Under the pieces are notes generated by a model. The model did not search any database. It saw only the letters and a program-made list of their open reading frames with translations, and was not told the origin of the DNA. Shown piece by piece: positions 56,963 through 61,932 of a stretch of DNA of 61,932 bases (positions are counted from its first letter, which is position 1; the number at the start of each line of letters is the position of its first letter). The position numbers and the translations under genes were made by a program. The DNA comes from a bacterium (lineage in GTDB: Bacteria > Sysuimicrobiota > Sysuimicrobiia > Sysuimicrobiales > Segetimicrobiaceae): the NCBI GenBank assembly GCA_035703895.1, contig DASSXJ010000172.1, positions 1 through 61,932 of the forward strand. The letters are read 5' to 3'.

Positions 56963-57850
56963 TCAGCCGCCGCCGGCTCCGCCCAAGCCCGCCACGACGC
57001 GCGCCAGCACGGAGTAGTCCTTTTCCCCGAGCCCCTGGTTCATGGCGACTTGGTAGAGCTGCGCGGCCAGCGCGCCCCCGGCGAGCGGCATCCCGGCCGA
57101 TCGTCCGGTCTCCATCACGATGCCCATGTCCTTGTGGTACAGGCGGGTCCGAAACCCCGGCTCAAAATTTTGGTCGAGCATCCGCTGCCCGTGCAGCTCC
57201 AAGACGCGGCTCTGCGCGAATCCCCCCAGGAGGGCGGCCCGGACTTTGGCGGGATCGACCCCGGCCTTGCGCGCGAGCGTCAACGCCTCGGCGACGCCGA
57301 GGAGGGTGAGCGAGAGCACGAGCTGGTTGCAGGCCTTCGTGACCTGCCCCGCTCCGATGTCGCCCAGGTGCACGATCGCCTTGCCCATCTTCTGGAACAC
57401 CGGCAGCACCCGTTCGAACACCTCTGGCTTCCCGCCTACCATGATGGAGAGCGTCGCGTCGACCGCCCCTTTTTCGCCCCCGGAGACGGGGGCGTCGAGC
57501 ATCTCCACCCCGCGTTCCCGAAGTTGGTGCGCGATCTCGCGGGTCGCTACCGGCGAGATGGTGCTCATGTCGACCACGACGCTGCCGCGCCTCACGCCGT
57601 GAAGTACGCCCTCGGGTCCGAGGATCACGTCCAAGACGTCCGGAGTGTCCGCGACCATCGTGATCGTGATGTCGCTCCGCGCGGCCACGTCCTTGGGGGA
57701 TTCGCCGGGGGTCGCCCCGCGCTCGACCAGCGGCGTCATCTTGCTCCGCGTGCGGTTCCACACCGTCACCGCGTAGCCGGTATCCGCCAGATGCCCGGCC
57801 ATCGGGCGTCCCATGATCCCCAGGCCGATGAAACCGATACGCTCGCTCAC
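56963..57850 (-). CDS. NAD(P)-dependent beta-hydroxyacid dehydrogenase (3-hydroxyisobutyrate dehydrogenase family)
   Basis: IGFIGLGIMGRPMAGHL Rossmann motif, ..DAPVSGG..GA.. and a 6PGDH-like C-terminal domain. Confidence 0.85.
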   Translation of the reverse strand: MSERIGFIGLGIMGRPMAGHLADTGYAVTVWNRTRSKMTPLVERGATPGESPKDVAARSDITITMVADTPDVLDVILGPEGVLHGVRRGSVVVDMSTISPVATREIAHQLRERGVEMLDAPVSGGEKGAVDATLSIMVGGKPEVFERVLPVFQKMGKAIVHLGDIGAGQVTKACNQLVLSLTLLGVAEALTLARKAGVDPAKVRAALLGGFAQSRVLELHGQRMLDQNFEPGFRTRLYHKDMGIVMETGRSAGMPLAGGALAAQLYQVAMNQGLGEKDYSVLARVVAGLGGAGGG

Positions 57851-57874
57851 CTGTCGCTCACCTCCAGAGCCGTG

Positions 57875-59023
57875 TCAGTCGGTCCACCCCGCCGCCTGGG
57901 CCCGGGCTTCGCGGTCGGCGTCCAGGATCGCATCGAGCGAGGTGGCCGGACGGGGGGTATGACGGTCGAGGACTTTCCGGACGTTCCGGGCGATGTCGGG
58001 GAACCGCAACCGTCCCTCCAGGAACAGCCGGACGGACACCTCATTCGCCGCGTTGAGGGCGGCCGGGGCGGTGCCGCCCATGTCCAGCGCCGTCCGCGCG
58101 TACCCCAAGCAGGGAAACCGGATCGGATCCGGGGCTTCGAAGGCCAGGTTTCCGGCAGTACGCAGGTCCAGCCGCACTCCCGTCCCGGGCAGCCGGCGGG
58201 GAAAGGTCAGCGCGTACTGGATCGGCAGATGCATGTCGGCCGCGCCGAGTTGGGCCAGGAAGGAGCCGTCGACGAACTCGACCAGCGAGTGCACCACGCT
58301 TTGAGGGTGGATCACGACCTCGATCCGGTCCGTGGGGACGGTGAAGAGCCAGTGCGCCTCGATCACCTCGAGTCCTTTGTTCATTAGCGTGGCGGAGTCG
58401 ATGGTCACTTTCGGCCCCATCTTCCATGTGGGGTGCCGCAGCGCATCCGCCGGGGTGACCGAGTCTAAGGCCGCGACGTTCAGGCGGAGGAAGGGCCCGC
58501 CGGACGCGGTGAGCCACAGGCGCGCCACCGCCTCAGCTCGCTGGCCGGCGAGACACTGAAAGATCGCCGAGTGCTCGCTGTCCACCGGCAGAATCCGCCG
58601 TCCCGCCCGCGAGGCAGCCTGGGTGACCAGGGCCCCGCCCGCGACCAGCACCTCTTTGGTGGCGAGGGCGATGTCCTTGCCCCCCGACAGGGCGGCGAGC
58701 GTGGGGGCAAGCCCGGCCGCGCCGACCACCCCGACGAGGACGAGATCCGCCGTGGTTCCCGCGGCAAGATCGGCCAACCCTTCCGGGCCGGCCAGTACGT
58801 CTCCCCGCCAATCGGGAACGAGGTCCCGAAATGTGCGGGCGCTCTCGTGGGAGTCGATCGCGACGGCTTCCGGACGGACCGCGCGCACCTGTTCGGCAAA
58901 GAGCGCCAGGTTGGACCGCGCGGACATGCCCGCCACAGAGACCTCACCGTTGAGGCGGCCGATGACGTCCAAGGCCGTCCGGCCGATCGATCCGGTCGAC
59001 CCGAGGACGGTAACGCGGCGCAT
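57875..59023 (-). CDS. dxr: 1-deoxy-D-xylulose 5-phosphate reductoisomerase
   Basis: MRRVTVLGSTGSIGRTALDVI and ..PVDSEHSAIFQCL... An ATG at 59056 is an alternative longer start. Confidence 0.92.
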   Translation of the reverse strand: MRRVTVLGSTGSIGRTALDVIGRLNGEVSVAGMSARSNLALFAEQVRAVRPEAVAIDSHESARTFRDLVPDWRGDVLAGPEGLADLAAGTTADLVLVGVVGAAGLAPTLAALSGGKDIALATKEVLVAGGALVTQAASRAGRRILPVDSEHSAIFQCLAGQRAEAVARLWLTASGGPFLRLNVAALDSVTPADALRHPTWKMGPKVTIDSATLMNKGLEVIEAHWLFTVPTDRIEVVIHPQSVVHSLVEFVDGSFLAQLGAADMHLPIQYALTFPRRLPGTGVRLDLRTAGNLAFEAPDPIRFPCLGYARTALDMGGTAPAALNAANEVSVRLFLEGRLRFPDIARNVRKVLDRHTPRPATSLDAILDADREARAQAAGWTD

Positions 59024-59085
59024 CACGCCGTTTGGCACCCCACTATTATGCACCATGTCGGCCGATTTTGCTTGCGCTCCAATGC

Positions 59086-59139
59086 TTCACACAGACTTGA
59101 CCGAGCCTTCACGCCTCTTTGACGCCACCCGAGTAAAAT
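59086..59139 (+). promoter_or_regulatory. Pho-box-like array: TTCACA-N5-TTGACC-N5-TTCACG-N5-TTGACG, then 9 nt, then TAAAAT
   Basis: Hexamers at 59086, 59097, 59108 and 59119 show exact 11-bp phasing. The -10-like TAAAAT is at 59134-59139, 72 nt upstream of the ATG at 59211. Confidence 0.55.
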
Positions 59140-59210
59140 CTATGGGGGGGCGCGTCTGATCTCGCTTTGCCCGCCGCAACGCAGGGAACCACAAGGGAGG
59201 TGTGGTATGA

Positions 59211-60167
59211 ATGACCGTCGGCATGAATGGTAAGCGTAGTACCCCGCCACCCACAGCATCCTCAGCCCCCGTAGAGCAACGATACGGACTTCTCGAAGAG
59301 CTGGCCAGTACCATCCTCGAGTCGGCCAAGGCCCTGGCAGAGACACTGGAAGGACGAATCCCGTCGCCCCAGGCGTGGTCGATGATCCGCGATCTCGAGC
59401 ACAAAGGCGACGCCATCGCCCGGGATCTCTTTGAGGCGATCACCGCCTCGCCCCCCGCGCCCATCCCCACCGAAGCCGTGCAGGCCCTGACGGGGTATCT
59501 CGACGATGTCCTCGACGCGATCGAGGCGGCGGCCGCGCGTCTGGCGATCCACCGCATCAAGCGGGCGATCCCAACCGCTCGGGCGATGGGCCGGATCGTG
59601 CTCGAGTCGGCGCAGGAGTTAAAACGGGCGATCGCGCAGCTGCGCGGCATGCACGACGTCTTCCCGCACACCCGCGCACTCCACTTGTTGGAAAACCGCG
59701 GGGACGACCTGCTCCGCGAGGCGATCGAGCAGTTGTTCGCGGGGCGGGCCACCGCCAAAGAGATCATTAAGTGGAAGGACATCTTGGAGAACCTCGAGGC
59801 CAGCACAGACCGGTGCGAGGATATCGCCAACATCTTGGAGACCATCGTTGTCCAGGCCGGCGCCGAGGATAAGCTCATCGCCCAAGGGCTCGTGATGGAC
59901 GTCGAGGATCACAAGGTGAGCGTGGCGGGGGACGAGGTCCCCTTGTCCAGCAAAGAGTTCGATCTCCTCCACCTGCTCCTGCGCCATCTGGGAAAGATCG
60001 TGCGCCGCGAACGGCTGCTGCAGGATGTCTGGGGGGACGACTACTTCGGCGATACCCGCACGCTCGACACCCACATCGCCTGGCTGCGGAAAAAGGTGGA
60101 GGCAAAGGGCGGGGTGCGCATCACCGCGGTGCGCGGGGTCGGGTATCGCCTCGATCCACGGGCGTGA
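59211..60167 (+). CDS. Fusion protein: DUF47 (PhoU_div / YkaA-like) domain plus an OmpR/PhoB-type winged-helix DNA-binding domain; no receiver domain
   Basis: N-terminal ~225 aa: ..RDLEHKGDAIARDLFEAI.., LTGYLDDVLDAIE, IKWKDILENLEASTDRCEDIANILETIVV (DUF47-like). C-terminal ~93 aa: VSVAGDEVPLSSKEFDLLHLLL...RERLLQDVWG...RTLDTHIAWLRKKVE...TAVRGVGYRL. AAGGGAGG lies 10 nt upstream of the ATG. Confidence 0.85.
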   Translation: MTVGMNGKRSTPPPTASSAPVEQRYGLLEELASTILESAKALAETLEGRIPSPQAWSMIRDLEHKGDAIARDLFEAITASPPAPIPTEAVQALTGYLDDVLDAIEAAAARLAIHRIKRAIPTARAMGRIVLESAQELKRAIAQLRGMHDVFPHTRALHLLENRGDDLLREAIEQLFAGRATAKEIIKWKDILENLEASTDRCEDIANILETIVVQAGAEDKLIAQGLVMDVEDHKVSVAGDEVPLSSKEFDLLHLLLRHLGKIVRRERLLQDVWGDDYFGDTRTLDTHIAWLRKKVEAKGGVRITAVRGVGYRLDPRA

Positions 60168-60179
60168 TTTTGCGTATTC

Positions 60180-60196
60180 TTCACTGACCCTTCACT
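60180..60196 (+). promoter_or_regulatory. Direct repeat pair TTCACT-N5-TTCACT upstream of the luxR-type gene
   Basis: Hexamers at 60180-60185 and 60191-60196 have 11-bp phasing. They lie 34 nt upstream of the ATG at 60230. Confidence 0.4.
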
Positions 60197-60229
60197 CGGC
60201 AGCCCCTTCTGTGTCCATAGGATGGAAGC

Positions 60230-60505
60230 ATGGATCTGCAGGTGTGCCTGCACCGCGCGAACGGACGGACCCGGGCGGGATCAGGAGCCGCTCGGCCCCC
60301 CGAGCCCCCGGCCCCTCTCACGGCACGCGAGCTCGAGGTCCTGAGTGGCCTCGCCGCGGGACTCAGCGACCGGGAGGTCGCCCTCCGGGTGATGCTCTTC
60401 GAACCGGCCCTCCGGGCGACGCTGCGATCGATCTACCAAAAGCTGGGCGTTCACACGAGGCACGAGGCCGTAGCCTGCGTGGCCAGGTACCGGAGCGACT
60501 CGTAA
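60230..60505 (+). CDS. Small LuxR/GerE-type helix-turn-helix protein (91 aa, HTH only)
   Basis: LTARELEVLSGLAAGLSDREVALRV...LRSIYQKLGVHTRHEAVA matches a GerE-type HTH. There is no receiver or ligand-binding domain. Confidence 0.72.
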   Translation: MDLQVCLHRANGRTRAGSGAARPPEPPAPLTARELEVLSGLAAGLSDREVALRVMLFEPALRATLRSIYQKLGVHTRHEAVACVARYRSDS

Positions 60506-60530
60506 CGTGGAGACCTCGGCTCGGATCCCC

Positions 60531-60992
60531 ATGGCGCGCAGGAAGCGGATCGCGCTGATCGCGCACGATAACAAGAAGGCCGATCTCCTCGAGTGGATCG
60601 CGTTCAACAAAGGCCTGCTGGCCCGGCACGAGTTGTACGCGACGCACACGACGGGGCGGCTCGTTGCCGAGAGCCTCGGCCTTACCGTGGTGGAGTTTCG
60701 CAGCGGTCCGCTGGGTGGCGATCAGCAGATCGGCGCCCGGATCGTGGACGGCGCGCTCGATTTCCTGATCTTCTTTTGGGACCCACTCGAACCCCACCCC
60801 CATGACCCCGACGTGCGCGCGTTGCTGCGCGTAGCGGTTGTATGGAACATCCCGGTCGCGTGCAACCGCGCGTCGGCGGATTTCATGATCTCCTCGCCGC
60901 TGATGGACGACGCCTACCAGCGCCTGGTCCCGCCGTACGATGGGACTCCCGAAATCGCGCCCTCGCCCCCACTGATCCCGGTCGACGTATAA
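60531..60992 (+). CDS. mgsA: Methylglyoxal synthase
   Basis: RIALIAHDNKK, SGPLGGDQQIGA and FFWDPLEPHPHDPDVRALLR. A GTG at 60507 is an alternative start. Confidence 0.9.
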   Translation: MARRKRIALIAHDNKKADLLEWIAFNKGLLARHELYATHTTGRLVAESLGLTVVEFRSGPLGGDQQIGARIVDGALDFLIFFWDPLEPHPHDPDVRALLRVAVVWNIPVACNRASADFMISSPLMDDAYQRLVPPYDGTPEIAPSPPLIPVDV

Positions 60993-61025
60993 CACCCTTA
61001 ACACTCTTTTAACGCTGGCTTGACC
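60989..61025 (+). promoter_or_regulatory. Pho-box-like array upstream of pstS: ATAACA-N3-TTAACA-N5-TTAACG-N5-TTGACC
   Basis: Hexamers at 60989, 60998, 61009 and 61020. The last three show exact 11-bp phasing. The array lies about 100 nt upstream of the pstS ATG. Confidence 0.55.
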
Positions 61026-61123
61026 GACCCATCGCATATCGATTTTCCCTGTAAGGTAGCGTGGAAGGTGCGTTCAGAATACAGAGGGATGGGACGCGTA
61101 TCTCCCTCTCGAGGAGGGGTAGT

Positions 61124-61932
61124 ATGAATATCGCTCTACGGCGGCGGTTACTCGTGGGGCTGGTTCTCTGCGGGCTGCTGCTTGGCCTCACCGGCCTGGG
61201 GATGGGGACCACCGGCGCAGGCGCCGCCGGCCTCGTCACCCTGAACGGCGCGGGCGCCACATTCCCGTACCCGCTCTACTCGAGGTGGTTTGCGGAATAC
61301 AACCGCGCGCACCCCGACGTCCGGATCAACTACCAATCGATCGGGAGCGGCGGCGGCATCGCGCAGGTCCAGAAGGGCACCGTGGACTTTGGGGCCTCCG
61401 ACGCCCCGCTCTCGGACGCGCAGCTCAAGGATATGGGACGGCCGGTCGTGCTGATCCCGACGGTCGCCGGGGCGGTCGCGATGACCTACAATCTCCCCGG
61501 CATCGGGACGGGGGTCAGGCTCACCTCGGAAAACGTCGTCGACATCTTCATGGGCCAGATCGCCAAGTGGAACGACCCGAAGATCCTGGCCAATAACCCC
61601 GCGATGAAGCTGCCGGATATGCCGGTCACGGTCGTGCATCGCTCGGACGGGAGCGGCACGACGTTCATCTTCACCTCGTTCCTGTCGGAGGTCAGCAAGG
61701 CCTGGTCGGACAAGGTTGGACGGAGCACGTCGGTGGAGTGGCCGACCGGGATCGGCGGCAAGGGGAACGAGGGCGTCGCCGGTGCCGTCAAGCAGACGCC
61801 CGGCGCTATCGGGTATGTCGAGCTGGCATATGTCGTGCAAAACCAACTCACCTACGCCGTCCTGAAGAATCGTGACGGGACATGGGTGGCGCCTTCGCTG
61901 TCGTCGACCACCGCGGCGGCGGCCGGCGGGGC
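61124..61932 (+). CDS. pstS: Phosphate ABC transporter substrate-binding protein PstS, 3' end outside the window
   Basis: Not in the ORF track because there is no stop in the window; translated by hand. ATG with GAGGAGGGG upstream, a signal peptide, and GAGATFPYPLYSRWF, YQSIGSGGGI, DFGASD, HRSDGSGTT motifs. Confidence 0.92.
   Translation, partial: MNIALRRRLLVGLVLCGLLLGLTGLGMGTTGAGAAGLVTLNGAGATFPYPLYSRWFAEYNRAHPDVRINYQSIGSGGGIAQVQKGTVDFGASDAPLSDAQLKDMGRPVVLIPTVAGAVAMTYNLPGIGTGVRLTSENVVDIFMGQIAKWNDPKILANNPAMKLPDMPVTVVHRSDGSGTTFIFTSFLSEVSKAWSDKVGRSTSVEWPTGIGGKGNEGVAGAVKQTPGAIGYVELAYVVQNQLTYAVLKNRDGTWVAPSLSSTTAAAAGG

Noticed and set aside
55859-58387. 842-aa plus-strand ORF across the mutase, dehydrogenase and dxr region
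   Set aside because: It is a shadow ORF. The minus strand encodes three well-supported proteins with intact catalytic motifs.

Overview
This is about 62 kb of a high-GC, gene-dense bacterial chromosome. I support about 60 protein genes. I saw no rRNA, tRNA, CRISPR array, transposase or integrase by eye. All calls come from reading the translations and motifs, with no searches run. Many long ORFs in the track are antisense or out-of-frame shadows typical of high-GC DNA.

Gene order, left to right:
- The end of the dcw cluster: murG (5' partial), murC, murB, ftsQ, ftsA, ftsZ.
- An accessory block: M50 protease, ABC-2 exporter, ZIP transporter, Tat-exported beta-propeller, nrdR with an intein-containing class II RNR (nrdJ), and phnDCE.
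- pgeF-yggS-sepF, mtnA, ileS, an Asp/Glu racemase, then dksA-like-lspA-lgt-rluD-pyrR.
- rqcH on the minus strand, followed by two secreted hypotheticals in an A/T-richer islet.
- P-type ATPase-yicC-remA-(archaeal-type CMP kinase-like)-coaC-priA-def-fmt.
- An LLM oxidoreductase and a YugP-like peptidase.
- rsmB-rlmN-FHA-PP2C-PASTA kinase-rpe-HDAC.
- A minus-strand block: MBL hydrolase-meaB-CoA ligase-B12 mutase small and large subunits-beta-hydroxyacid dehydrogenase-dxr.
- A phosphate locus: DUF47::winged-helix regulator, luxR-type HTH, mgsA, and pstS (3' partial).

The long-range order mirrors the Bacillus subtilis ylm and ylo regions as I recall them. That suggests a high-GC Bacillota-like (Terrabacteria) organism, but the taxon cannot be fixed from this window.

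Most interesting observations:
1. A receiver-less fusion of a PhoU-like DUF47 domain to an OmpR/PhoB-type DNA-binding domain. Three arrays of 11-bp-phased Pho-box-like repeats lie nearby: upstream of its own gene, of luxR-mgsA and of pstS.
2. A B12 acyl-CoA mutase cluster carrying the Ile/Asp signature of 2-hydroxyisobutyryl-CoA mutase.
3. A PriA whose helicase ATPase motifs are degenerate.
4. A LAGLIDADG intein in nrdJ.
5. Two conserved genes (pgeF, rpe) whose only plausible starts are CTG codons in CTGA overlaps.
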